Shown: positions 1 through 9,643 of the stretch, piece by piece
Layout: the number at the start of each line of letters is the position of its first letter
Position numbering within the stretch: position 1 is the first letter of the stretch
Origin: Alphaproteobacteria bacterium
Lineage (GTDB): Bacteria; Pseudomonadota; Alphaproteobacteria; SP197
Assembly: GCA_964291265.2 (NCBI GenBank)
Contig: OZ219747.1
Span: 864,001-928,000 of the forward strand
DNA: 64,000 nucleotides
Direction of reading: 5' to 3'
Made by a program: the position numbers and the translations under genes
Notes under the pieces: generated by a model
What the model saw: only the letters and a program-made list of their open reading frames with translations
Databases searched by the model: none
Told to the model about the DNA's origin: nothing

Positions 1-785
1 GGACCCGCACCGTGCCAACCTCGCCGCGGCGCCCGCTGGTCCGCCCGGCCACGGTCCAGCCGGCGCAGTGGTAGCAATAGCCGCTGTGCTCCGCACCGAC
101 ATGAGTGTAGGCCGCCACCGGGCGCACCGCATAGCGGGCCTCCCAGTCGTCGGCGATGCGCTCCGCCGCCATGCGCAGGACCCTCAGACGCCAGTCCGTA
201 GACCCGAACGCCGGGAAGCAGGAGAAACCGATGACCGCAGATCACACGCTCGATGTTGGCGGCACGGGCGTCGGCGGACCATGCGATCCACTCATCCCGC
301 GCCCGCAGCTGCCAGGTCGCGGACCCGAAGCCGATCCCGCCGAGGGTGCCGTGGCGCTGCGAGCGGATCCAGTAGCGCACCTGGCCGCCGGGCGAGCGCG
401 TCCATCCCAGTGGGTGGTGCGTCGCCATCATCGCCTCCCAGAGACGGCGATCGTCGGCCTCACCCACCGGTTCGAGCGAGACCGGGCCGAGATCCTCCAG
501 CAGGCAGACCAGCTTGGTGTCGGGGACGTCACCGGCCGGGACGGCGGGCACGACGGTCGGATCGGGCACGCTCCGCGGCGGCGGAAGCTCGAACCCCACG
601 CGCTCGGCGAGCGCCGGCAGCACCTTCGCCGCCGCCGACAGGCACGGACGGCCGAGCGCGTTGCGCCAACCGGTGCGCTCGCAAAGCTCGCGTGCCAGAC
701 CGTGACGGGTGGCGTCGGCGGAGCGCAACGCGCGTCCAAACCAGTCAAGCGTCTGCGAATCGAAATGGCGGAGACCAACCTGCAT
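1..785 (-). mobile_element. DUF4338 (DruA-like) N-terminal region of an IS4/IS50-type transposase; frameshifted, runs off the window edge
   Basis: Manual minus-strand translation from ATG 785: MQVGLRHFDSQTLDWF...LARELCERTGWRNALGRPCLSAAAK...RRLWEAMMATHHPLG...GGIGFGSATWQLRARDEWIAW...RFLLLPGVRV. After a frameshift near 180 it continues ERIADDWEARYAVRPV. Absent from the ORF track because it has no stop in the window. Confidence 0.7.
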
Positions 786-843
786 GCCCGCAGCATGCAC
801 GAAACGAATCACCTATACAAGTCTGATACTTTGAAAGGGGGGG

Positions 844-2022
844 GTGAGCAGTTACCGCTTACCATTGTGGGGTAAGCGCCGGGCGGGCAAGACGACGCTC
901 GTCAAGAGCATGGGGGAAGCCGGCCGCACCTATGTCACGCTCGACGATCAGACAGTACTTGAGGCGGCCAGGTCCGATCCAGCCGGATTCATCCGGGGCC
1001 TGGACCGGGCCATCATCGACGAGATTCAGCGCGCGCCCGACCTGCTCCTGGCGATCAAGAAGACGGTCGACGAAGACTATCGCCCGGGCCGTTTTCTCCT
1101 CATGGGCTCGGCCAATGTGATGACCCTGCCACGGATCGCCGACAGTCTGGCCGGCCGGATGGAAACACTCCAGATGCTGCCGCTCGCGCGGGCCGAGGTC
1201 GAAGGAGGGACGCCTGGTTTTCTGGAGCGCCTGTTCGAAGGGAACCTGCACAATCAGCGCCAAGCGGTCGTCGGTGACGATCTCGTCCGGACCGTTCTGC
1301 TCGGCGGGTTTCCCGAAGCAATCGCCCGTGAAAGCGAGCGGCGGCGGCAGGATTGGGCACGATCCTACCTCACCTCGATTCTCACGCGCGACCTCAGGGA
1401 CGTCGCGGAGGTCGAGAAGCTCACCGAGCTTCCAAGATTCGTGCGGCTGCTGGCCGAGTATTCCGGCCAGCTGGTCAACTATTCGCAATTCGGGGCGAGC
1501 ATCAATGTCAGCCACAAGACGGGGCAGCGTTATGTCGGGCTGCTTGAACAGGTCTTTCTGATCGCAACGCTGCTGCCCTGGTTCACCAACGCCCTGAAAC
1601 GTATCGTCAAGACGCCGAAGCTGCACTTCCTCGATTCCGGCCTGCTGGCGAGCGCGCGCGGCCTGACCTTCGACAGGGTGAAGGCGGATCGCGGAACATT
1701 CGGGGCGCTGCTCGGGAGTTTCGTGTTTTCGGAAGTGCTCAAGCTGATGACGTCCTCGGATCTGCGATTGACGCCGCATCATTTCCGCGACCGGGACATG
1801 CGCGAGGTCGACATCGTTCTGGAACGCGACGACGGGATGATCGCGGGCATCGAGGTCAAGGCAGGCGCCACGGTCAGGTCCGGCGACTTCGCCGGACTCC
1901 AGGCGCTGGCAGAGCCGAGCGGCGATCGCTTCGCCTTCGGTGCTGTCCTCTATGACAATACGGATGTCGTGCCGTTTGGCGACCGGCTGGTGGCGGCGCC
2001 AGTGTCGTGTCTGTGGAATTGA
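844..2022 (+). CDS. AAA+ ATPase with DUF4143 / PD-(D/E)xK C-terminus, probably 5'-truncated
   Basis: GKRRAGKTT Walker A, IIDEIQR Walker B, SLAGR, GGFPE, KTPKLHFLDSG, EVDIVLE...IEVK. Only about 9 residues precede the P-loop. Confidence 0.85.
   Translation: MSSYRLPLWGKRRAGKTTLVKSMGEAGRTYVTLDDQTVLEAARSDPAGFIRGLDRAIIDEIQRAPDLLLAIKKTVDEDYRPGRFLLMGSANVMTLPRIADSLAGRMETLQMLPLARAEVEGGTPGFLERLFEGNLHNQRQAVVGDDLVRTVLLGGFPEAIARESERRRQDWARSYLTSILTRDLRDVAEVEKLTELPRFVRLLAEYSGQLVNYSQFGASINVSHKTGQRYVGLLEQVFLIATLLPWFTNALKRIVKTPKLHFLDSGLLASARGLTFDRVKADRGTFGALLGSFVFSEVLKLMTSSDLRLTPHHFRDRDMREVDIVLERDDGMIAGIEVKAGATVRSGDFAGLQALAEPSGDRFAFGAVLYDNTDVVPFGDRLVAAPVSCLWN
864..882 (-). repeat. Putative IS50-like terminal inverted repeat
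   Basis: Minus strand CCGGCGCTTACCCCACAAT resembles the IS50 outside end CTGACTCTTATACACAAGT. It lies just upstream of the transposase and overlaps the ATPase P-loop codons. Confidence 0.4.
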
Positions 2023-2199
2023 GCGGATGTATCGGCCTGAAAGCAACGGCAACTTCCGCATTGAGCGCGAAACCGAGCATTGGTGCGACCGCCCTCTGAT
2101 TGATCTTGAGACGCGCGTGGTCATATCGTTGTGACAAGAGGCGGTGATCCCGATCACCATCAGGGTTCCAGGAGCAGCGGTGATACGACAGGGGAGATC

Positions 2200-2509
2200 G
2201 TCGCGCGGGCCTTGAGACGCTTCCTTTCGGGCATGGAGGTGCTTCGCAAACGATGGCATCACGACATACGGGAGGTCGGCAGGTGGCTCGGGCGGGTCTG
2301 TCAAGGCTGGCTCAACGACATCGCCGTCCAAGGGATCGGCCCGCTCCCTGCGCCACCGTTTCGACTGGAGGCGAAGGGAGCGCATGACCGAGCTCCCCTG
2401 GCCGGGCCAGCGGGTCACCGTCAAGCATCCGATGCAGGAACCGGATGGATGAGCCTCCAGGTCCGGATCTGTGCGGGGGGTGCGCGGCAATGCGCAGTCC
2501 TGCCGCGAC
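2200..2509 (+). mobile_element. Degenerate group II intron 3' remnant (maturase domain X fragment plus domains V-VI)
   Basis: Peptides EVLRKRWHHDIREVGRWLGRVCQGWLNDIAV and VKHPMQEPDG*. RNA gaaccggatg...gtccggatctgtgcggggggtgcgcggcaatgcgcagtcctgccgcgac (2438-2509) matches the DV/DVI layout of RmInt1-like introns. Confidence 0.75.
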
Positions 2510-2660
2510 GGAAGGCATCAGGCTCCTGTCCCAGGCTGTCATCGCCATCCGGACCATGCAGGACCGGGACGGGAACCAGTCGCATTGAGAAGAAGACACG
2601 GACTTGAGTGTGCTGCATTGACAGCCCCCCGGACACCGGTCCAGGAGTGAGGGAGATCTG

Positions 2661-4703
2661 GTGTTGAACGCCTTCCCTGACCTGTTGTCACCCATCACGA
2701 TTCGCGCGCACACCTTCCGCAATCGCGTGTTCTCGAGCGCCCATGCACCGGGGTACGCGGTGGACGGGCTGCCGGGAGAGCGCTACCAGGCCTATCACGA
2801 GGCCAAGGCCAGGGGTGGTATCGGTCTCACCATGTTCGGTGGATCGTCGAACGTCTCGCGTGACTCGGGTTCCATCTACGGGCAGATCTATGTCGGCGAC
2901 GACAGGGTGATCCCGGCGTTTCGGGAGCTCTCTCGCCGCGTTCACCGTCATGGTGCCGGCCTGATGTGCCAGATCACTCACATGGGCCGCCGCACCACCT
3001 GGGATTCAGGTGACTGGTTGCCGACCAGGGGGCCTTCGGCATTCCGTGACCCGGCCCACCATTCCGTTCCCTATGCCCTTTCACCACATGAAATCGCGCG
3101 CATCGTCCGGGATTTCGGCGATGCGGCGCGGCGTTGCAGGGACGGAGGACTCGACGGGATCGAGATCCTGGCGTCGACTCACCTCGTGGGCCAGTTCCTG
3201 TCGCCGCTCTCCAACGGTCGCCAGGACGCCTACGGGGGCGACCTTTCCAACCGGGCGCGTTTCCTCTTCGAGGTCCTCGAAGCCTGCCGCGTGTCGGCGG
3301 GAGATGACATTCTCGTCAGCGTCAGAATCAATGCCGACGAGAGCAACGAGAACGGGCTCACGGCCGAGGAAGGGATCGAGACCGCACGCATGATCGGCCG
3401 CCACGGTGTCGCCGATATCGTCAACGTCAACGGAGCCTACGGCGGGACGGAGATGGGCCTGACGGAAACCATGCCGGGCATGGCCTGGCCGGTTGCCCCC
3501 TACATCGAACTGGCAGGCAGGGTGCGCGAGGCCAGCGGTCTTGTGACACTGCAGGCGGCACGACTCCCGGACCCGGCGACTGCCGACTGGGCCATCTCCG
3601 AGGGGTATGTCGACATGGCCGGCATGACGCGCCCGCACATGGCGGATCCGGACATCGTCAACAAGCTCGTGAGAGGTGAGGGGGAGCGCATTCGCCCCTG
3701 CGTCGGTGCGGGATACTGTCTCGACAGGATCTACGGCGGCCGGGACGCACTGTGTCAGCACAACGTTTCCACTGGCCGCGAGTCCTGGCTCGATCCCGGA
3801 ATCGAAAGGGCTGACGCACCCGGTCGGGCCGTGGTGGTGGGCGGTGGCCCCGCCGGCCTGGAAGCGGCTCGCGTACTGGCCCTTCGCGGTCATGCCGTCA
3901 CGCTCTTCGAAGCGGCCACGCGGCCTGGCGGACAGATCCTTCTTGCCGCGGCTGCAGGGTGGCGTCGGGACTTGATCGGCATCGTCGACTGGCTCGTCGC
4001 GGAGATCGGCCATGCCGGCGTCGACGTGCGCACCGGCACGTTCGTCGAAGGCGATGACGTCCTCTGCCACAATCCCGATATCGTGATCGTGGCCTCGGGA
4101 AGTGTGCCCGAGACCGACCTTGCGGAAGGCGGTGGCGAGCATGTCATGACGGTCCGGGATGCCCTCGAGGGAAGGCGGCGGCTCACGGGCCACATCGTCA
4201 TCGCCGATGCCACGGGCGGTCATGCCGCTCTTTCACTTGCCGGAACCCTTGCCGGATCGGCGGAATGCCTCACTTTCGTGACCTCGGACCGCCATGCCGG
4301 AAGGGCGCTCGGCGTTCAGAATGTGCCGGTCTACCTCAGCAACCTTGCCTCGGCCGGCGCCGTCATCCTCACCGACAGGTCGCTCGTCGGCGTCCGCCGC
4401 CAGGGCAATCGCGTCATGGCCCGTCTGCGTCACGCCTATACGCGCCAGGTCGAGGAGGTGGCGGGAGACCTAGTGATCGCCGATTCCGGAGTGCGCTCTG
4501 TCAGTGAGGTGTTCGATGACCTGCGGGACCGGTCATCCAATCTTGGTGAAGTCGATCACGAGGCCCTGGCCACCATCGCGCCGCAGGAATTGACGCTGAG
4601 TCCCGAAGGCAGGTTCCGCCTTTTCAGGGTCGGTGATGCCCTGGCGCCACGAGACATTCACGCCGCCCTGCTCGATGCCAACAGGCTGTGCCGGGTTCTG
4701 TGA
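2661..4703 (+). CDS. NADH:flavin oxidoreductase / old yellow enzyme family (N-methylproline demethylase StcD-like)
   Basis: TIM-barrel FMN domain (YHEAKARGGIGL, QITHMGRR, FLSPLSNGRQDAYGG), Cys cluster CVGAGYC...C, GGGPAGLEAA Rossmann motif. Confidence 0.88.
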   Translation: MLNAFPDLLSPITIRAHTFRNRVFSSAHAPGYAVDGLPGERYQAYHEAKARGGIGLTMFGGSSNVSRDSGSIYGQIYVGDDRVIPAFRELSRRVHRHGAGLMCQITHMGRRTTWDSGDWLPTRGPSAFRDPAHHSVPYALSPHEIARIVRDFGDAARRCRDGGLDGIEILASTHLVGQFLSPLSNGRQDAYGGDLSNRARFLFEVLEACRVSAGDDILVSVRINADESNENGLTAEEGIETARMIGRHGVADIVNVNGAYGGTEMGLTETMPGMAWPVAPYIELAGRVREASGLVTLQAARLPDPATADWAISEGYVDMAGMTRPHMADPDIVNKLVRGEGERIRPCVGAGYCLDRIYGGRDALCQHNVSTGRESWLDPGIERADAPGRAVVVGGGPAGLEAARVLALRGHAVTLFEAATRPGGQILLAAAAGWRRDLIGIVDWLVAEIGHAGVDVRTGTFVEGDDVLCHNPDIVIVASGSVPETDLAEGGGEHVMTVRDALEGRRRLTGHIVIADATGGHAALSLAGTLAGSAECLTFVTSDRHAGRALGVQNVPVYLSNLASAGAVILTDRSLVGVRRQGNRVMARLRHAYTRQVEEVAGDLVIADSGVRSVSEVFDDLRDRSSNLGEVDHEALATIAPQELTLSPEGRFRLFRVGDALAPRDIHAALLDANRLCRVL

Positions 4704-4708
4704 CGCCG

Positions 4709-6328
4709 TCAGTTGCCGCCCAGTTGGTCAAGATGGGCGATCAAACCGCGCGAGGAACTGTCGAGTTCCTCCGTTCCTGCCCCGTCCTGCAACATGGGCA
4801 GGACTTGCTGCGCCAGGTCCTTGGCGAACTCCACGCCCCACTGATCGAAGGGGTTGAGGTTCCAGATGGCGCCCTCGACGAACACCTTGTGTTCGAACAG
4901 GGCCACCAGGCGTCCAAGGGTCATCGCGTCGAGCCGACGATAGAGAATGGTCGTGGACGGGCGGTCTCCGGGAAGGGTGCGGTGGGGAACCAGACTGCGG
5001 ATGTCGTCTTCGGACGCCCCTGATGTCGCCATGGCCGCCTTGACGTCGGCCGCGGTTCTGCCGAAGGCAAGTGCCGCCGCCTGGGCAACGGCGTTGGCTG
5101 CCAGGATGGCATGATGGTCTTCCGGGGCTTCGTGGGGCCGGGCGGCAAGGAGAAAGTCGACGGGAACCGTGTCCGTGCCCTGGTGGAGCAGTTGGAAGAA
5201 GGAATGCTGGCTCGCCGTTCCGCATCCGCCCCAGACGACCGGCGCGCTCGGTCTCGCCAGAAGTGAGCCGTCGCGTCCCACTCCCTTGCCGTTGGATTCC
5301 ATTTCCAGTTGCTGGATGTAAGCGGGAAACAAGCGCAGACGCTGGTCATAGGGAATGAGGGCCCTTGTAGGCCAGCACATGGCATTGCGCCGCCAGATGC
5401 CGATGACAGCAAGGATGACCGGGAGATTTCCTTCAAGCGGCGCCGTGCGGAAATGTCGGTCCATCATGCGCCCGCCCTCGAGGAAGGAGCGGAATCTGTC
5501 GTCGCCGACAGCAATCGCCAGGGGGAGACCGATGGATGACCACAGGGAGTAACGTCCGCCGACCCAGTCACCGAAGCCGAAGATCCGTTCATCGTCGATT
5601 GCGACATCACGCGCCGCCGCCGGATGGCTTGTGACCGCGGCCATGTGTTGTCCGGCGGTATCGCCGAGCCAGGCGCGTGCGCTGCGGGCATTGGTCATCG
5701 TCTCGAGGGTGTCGAAGGTCTTGGAGGCGACGATGACGAGGGTCTTGCGGGGATCGAGTGGTTTCAGCGTGTCCGCGATGTCTGCGCCGTCGACATTGGA
5801 GACGAAATGGAGTCGTGGTCCGTCGTGGAAGGAGGCGAGCGCCCGTGTTGCCATCGCCGGCCCGAGGTGTGAGCCGCCGATGCCGATGTTGACGACATCG
5901 CTGAAGGGTTCGCCTGACGCGCTCGCGACACGTCCGTGCCGAAGGTCCCCGGCGAAGCCCAACATGCGTTCCCGCATCCGCAAGACCTCTGCCATGATGT
6001 TCCCGGCGGCCGTTCCGATGTCGTCATCACCGTCGCCTCTCAGTGCCACGTGGAGTGCGGCGCGGTGTTCCGTGACATTGACCTCCTCTCCCCGGAACAT
6101 TTCCTCGCGCCTGGCTTCGACACCGGCGGCCCGCGCCAGGGCAAGGAGGCTGGCCATGGCCCGGGGATCGAGTTTTTCCTTGGAGTGGTCGACCAGGATG
6201 TCGTCAAGGCGGACCGACAGGCGGTCGAACCGGTTGGGATCGATGGCGAAGAGCTGACGAAGGTGAAGCGGCTTCAGCCGCGCAGCCTCGCGATGCACGT
6301 CATTCCAGCATCTGCTGATGTCGGTCAT
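4709..6328 (-). CDS. pgi: Glucose-6-phosphate isomerase
   Basis: NIGIGGSHLGP, VASKTFDT, WVGGRYSLWS, QQLEMESNGK, FDQWGVE. Confidence 0.96.
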   Translation of the reverse strand: MTDISRCWNDVHREAARLKPLHLRQLFAIDPNRFDRLSVRLDDILVDHSKEKLDPRAMASLLALARAAGVEARREEMFRGEEVNVTEHRAALHVALRGDGDDDIGTAAGNIMAEVLRMRERMLGFAGDLRHGRVASASGEPFSDVVNIGIGGSHLGPAMATRALASFHDGPRLHFVSNVDGADIADTLKPLDPRKTLVIVASKTFDTLETMTNARSARAWLGDTAGQHMAAVTSHPAAARDVAIDDERIFGFGDWVGGRYSLWSSIGLPLAIAVGDDRFRSFLEGGRMMDRHFRTAPLEGNLPVILAVIGIWRRNAMCWPTRALIPYDQRLRLFPAYIQQLEMESNGKGVGRDGSLLARPSAPVVWGGCGTASQHSFFQLLHQGTDTVPVDFLLAARPHEAPEDHHAILAANAVAQAAALAFGRTAADVKAAMATSGASEDDIRSLVPHRTLPGDRPSTTILYRRLDAMTLGRLVALFEHKVFVEGAIWNLNPFDQWGVEFAKDLAQQVLPMLQDGAGTEELDSSSRGLIAHLDQLGGN

Positions 6329-6426
6329 GATGCTCTCTCGGTCACGTGGCGGGAGTGTATCGTGTCACGCCTGCAAGCGGCGAGGGCTCGGCATGTTCCA
6401 TTGGTGCGGGAGGCGATGAGGAGGGG

Positions 6427-8070
6427 ATGAGGCGCCGTTCACGTGTTCTGACTGTTGCCACACGGCCGATTGACGGACAGGAACCGGGCACGTCGGGTCT
6501 GCGGAAGACAACCCGGACGTTCATGCAGCCGGGCTACCTCGAGAACTTCGTCCAGTCCGTCTTCGACACCCTCGGCGGTGTGGCCGGCAAGACCCTGGTA
6601 CTGGGTGGAGACGGCCGCCACTTCACTGTCGAGGCTGCCCGGACCATCCTTTCCATGGCGGCGGCCAACGGCGCCGCCCGCATGGTGACGGGAAGGGAGG
6701 GGCTGCTGTCGACGCCCGCCGCATCGTGTCTCATACGCCGGCATGGCGCCGCCGCCGGACTCCTGCTCACCGCGAGTCACAATCCCGGTGGTCCGGATGG
6801 CGATTTCGGTATCAAGATCAACATGGCGAACGGCGGTCCGGCGCCTGTCGACCTGACGGCCCGGGTTCACGAACGCACGAAGACGATCGAGGCCTATCGC
6901 ATGACCAGGCACGCTGACATCAATCTCGGGCAGCCGGGAACGGACATGCTCGCCGACATGGCCGTGGAGGTGGTTGATCCGGTCGAGGACTACCGGGATC
7001 TGATGACGGGATTGTTCGATTTCGATGCCATCCGCTCCCTCTTCGAGAGCGGCTTCCGGATCCGGGTTGATGCCCTGAACGCGGTGACCGGCCCCTATGC
7101 CTGCCGGCTTCTCGAGGACGACCTGGGTGCGCCCAGGGGGAGCGTGGTGAATGCAGTGCCCCTGGCGGACTTCGGCGGTCTTCGTCCCGACCCCAATCCA
7201 CGGACCTGCCGCGCCCTCGTGGCCCACATGATGTCGTTGCAGGCGCCCGACCTTGCTGCGGCCGCGGACGGCGACGGTGACAGGGCCATGATTCTTGGTC
7301 GTGGCGTACGCGTGTCGTCAGGCGACAGTCTCGCCGTCCTCGCCGCCCATGCCGATCTCGTGCCGGGATACAGGGGAGGACTCTCCGGGGTCGCCCGTTC
7401 CATGCCGACGAGTCGGGCCGTGGACCGGGTAGCGGCATCCCTTGGTATCGACTGTCACGAGACCCCGACCGGCTGGAAGTTCTTCGGCACACTGCTTGAT
7501 GCTGGCAAGGTGACGATATGCGGTGAGGAGAGTGCGGGAACCGGCTCTTCCCACATCCGCGAAAAGGACGGTCTGTGGGCTGTCCTCTTCTGGCTCAACA
7601 TCATCGCCGCCCGCCGCCTTTCCGTCGCCGAGATCCTGCAGGATCACTGGCATCGTTTCGGGCGACACTACCATTCCCGCCATGACTGGGAAGATCTGCC
7701 GCCAGACATGGCTGGTGACCTCGTGGAATCCCTGCGTTCACGTCTCCCCCGCCTTCCCGGAAGCGTTGTGGCCGGACTGACGGTGACGGCAGCCGACGAG
7801 TTCCATCACACGGATCCAATCGATGGCTCGACAGCCAGGAACCAGGGATTGCGGATTGCCTTCGAGGGTGGGATGCGGGTCGTCTTCCGTCTCTCGGGAA
7901 CCTCCACGGGGCGTGCGATCCTCAGGGTCTATCTTGAGCGGTACGAGGCGGATGAGTCACGTCTTGATCTCGATTGCGAGGAAGCACTGGCGTCGCTCGC
8001 CGCCGCGGGCGATGCCATTGCCGGCATCAGGGCTCGAACCGGACGCAGGCAACCGGACGTGCGCACCTGA
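6427..8070 (+). CDS. pgm: Phosphoglucomutase
   Basis: PGTSGLRK, TASHNPGG, DGDGDR, ETPTGWKFF, CGEES, REKDGLWAVL. ATG 6427 follows a GAGG RBS. Confidence 0.95.
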   Translation: MRRRSRVLTVATRPIDGQEPGTSGLRKTTRTFMQPGYLENFVQSVFDTLGGVAGKTLVLGGDGRHFTVEAARTILSMAAANGAARMVTGREGLLSTPAASCLIRRHGAAAGLLLTASHNPGGPDGDFGIKINMANGGPAPVDLTARVHERTKTIEAYRMTRHADINLGQPGTDMLADMAVEVVDPVEDYRDLMTGLFDFDAIRSLFESGFRIRVDALNAVTGPYACRLLEDDLGAPRGSVVNAVPLADFGGLRPDPNPRTCRALVAHMMSLQAPDLAAAADGDGDRAMILGRGVRVSSGDSLAVLAAHADLVPGYRGGLSGVARSMPTSRAVDRVAASLGIDCHETPTGWKFFGTLLDAGKVTICGEESAGTGSSHIREKDGLWAVLFWLNIIAARRLSVAEILQDHWHRFGRHYHSRHDWEDLPPDMAGDLVESLRSRLPRLPGSVVAGLTVTAADEFHHTDPIDGSTARNQGLRIAFEGGMRVVFRLSGTSTGRAILRVYLERYEADESRLDLDCEEALASLAAAGDAIAGIRARTGRRQPDVRT

Positions 8071-8326
8071 TTCCACGACACATGCCGGACGGGAGGCTCG
8101 ATCCGCCCGGCGACAGCCGTGTCTGACGACATGGGTCGCTGGCGGTGACCGCGGCCGCGGAGGTTCCCGCAGAGGTCGTTCAGGTTCAAGGGCCTGACGC
8201 TGATGGTTCCGGATCCGGCGCAGTGCGAGATCTGGCACGGACAGCGCCGTGTCTCATGCTGCCTTCCCCAGGACAACGTCTGAGGGCCCTCATCGAACGG
8301 TCAGCACCGCTTGAGGGACAGGGGTT

Positions 8327-8385
8327 GGAGCCAGGTTCTCGGGCGCTGAGCAGGGGACCGGGGCAACCCGGTTCCCTAACGCGAT
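8327..8385 (+). mobile_element. Possible second group II intron 3' end relic (domain VI)
   Basis: ggagcc...ggggaccggggcaacccggttccctaacgcgat: GCAA-capped stem followed by a CCCTA.CGCGAT ending. Domain V is badly degraded. Confidence 0.4.
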
Positions 8386-8415
8386 GCGAGACCCGGGACA
8401 TGTGCGTGGTTGTCA

Positions 8416-8441
8416 CCGTCACCGTTTGACCGAACGCTTGC
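8416..8441 (-). repeat. Isolated IS66-type terminal repeat relic
   Basis: Minus strand gcaagcgttcggtcaaacggtgacgg matches 20/26 nt of the IS66 end starting at 63480. Confidence 0.5.
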
Positions 8442-8626
8442 GGTCCAGCGTTCCCGGCAGCGACACACTCGATTCTCTCGAACGTCAGGACATTCAAAGC
8501 GATGCGTCCCGGTGACTGGAGCTTCGGGGGAGAGGGCAGACGGTCCCGCATCGACTCCGGCGCAAGTTCCGGAGGAGTCCCGGCCAGCCATTGATCCGGA
8601 GGACGTCGTTGCGCTCGGCCGCAGCG

Positions 8627-9640
8627 CTACAGGTGGTGGCGACGGTCGAGTTCCTCGGCGACCTGCACGGCGTTGAGTGCTGCGCCCTTGCGCAGGTTGT
8701 CGGAGACCACCCACATCGAAAGGCCGTTTTCCACGGTCGGGTCCTTGCGGATGCGGCTGACGTAGACGGCATCCTCGCCGGCGCACTCGCGCGGTGTCAT
8801 GTAACCACCCGGTTCACGGTCGTCGACGACAAGGACACCGTCGGCCTCGCGCAGTTGCTCGCGGGCCTCGTCCTCGTCGAGCGGCCCGGCAAATTCGACG
8901 TTGAGCGCCTCGGCGTGACCGATGAACACCGGCACGCGCACGCAGGTGGCATGGACCCTGATGGCGGGATCGAGAATCTTCGCGGTCTCGGCCGCCATCT
9001 TCCATTCCTCCCTGGTCGAGCCATCCTCCATGAAGGAGTCGATGTGGGGGATGCAGTTGAAGGCGATATCCTTCTGGAACACTTCCGGGGCGTGAGGTTC
9101 GTTCCAGTACCGCTTCCTGGTCTGCTCGTAGAGCTCGTCCATGCCCTTCTTTCCGGCGCCGCCCGTGGCCTGGTAGGTGGAGACGACGATGCGCCGGATG
9201 GGGACGAGGTCGTGCAGCGGCTTGAGGGCGACCACCATCTGGATCGTCGAGCAGTTCGGGTTGGCGACGATGTTGCGGCGCGACGCCATGTCCAGGTGAT
9301 GGGCGTTCACCTCCGGAACGACGAGCGGCACATCATCGTCGTAGCGGAAGCGCGACGTGTTGTCGATGACCATGGCGCCGGCTTCGGCGGCCCTTGGCGC
9401 ATGGCGCCCGGAGACCTCTGCCCCGGGCGAGAAGAGGGCGATGTTCCAGCTGTGGAAGTCGAAGGTCTCGAGATCCCGGCAGGTGAGCGTGGCATCACCG
9501 AAGGAGACATCCTTGCCCGCCGAACGGGACGAGGCCACCGCAGCCACCTCGTCGACCGGGAACTCCCGTTCGGCGAGCGTCTGCAGCATTTCGTGTCCGA
9601 CGGCGCCGGTGGCGCCGACGACGGCAACGCGGTAACCCAT
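8627..9640 (-). CDS. asd: Aspartate-semialdehyde dehydrogenase
   Basis: VVGATGAVG, IVANPNCSTIQ, TCVRVPVFIGH, DNLRKGAALNAVQ. Confidence 0.97.
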   Translation of the reverse strand: MGYRVAVVGATGAVGHEMLQTLAEREFPVDEVAAVASSRSAGKDVSFGDATLTCRDLETFDFHSWNIALFSPGAEVSGRHAPRAAEAGAMVIDNTSRFRYDDDVPLVVPEVNAHHLDMASRRNIVANPNCSTIQMVVALKPLHDLVPIRRIVVSTYQATGGAGKKGMDELYEQTRKRYWNEPHAPEVFQKDIAFNCIPHIDSFMEDGSTREEWKMAAETAKILDPAIRVHATCVRVPVFIGHAEALNVEFAGPLDEDEAREQLREADGVLVVDDREPGGYMTPRECAGEDAVYVSRIRKDPTVENGLSMWVVSDNLRKGAALNAVQVAEELDRRHHL

Positions 9641-9643
9641 GAT

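Noticed and set aside
4709-8070. Motif deviations in pgi (GVEFAK) and pgm (GEESAG)
   Set aside because: Catalytic residues and full lengths are retained; consistent with ordinary divergence.
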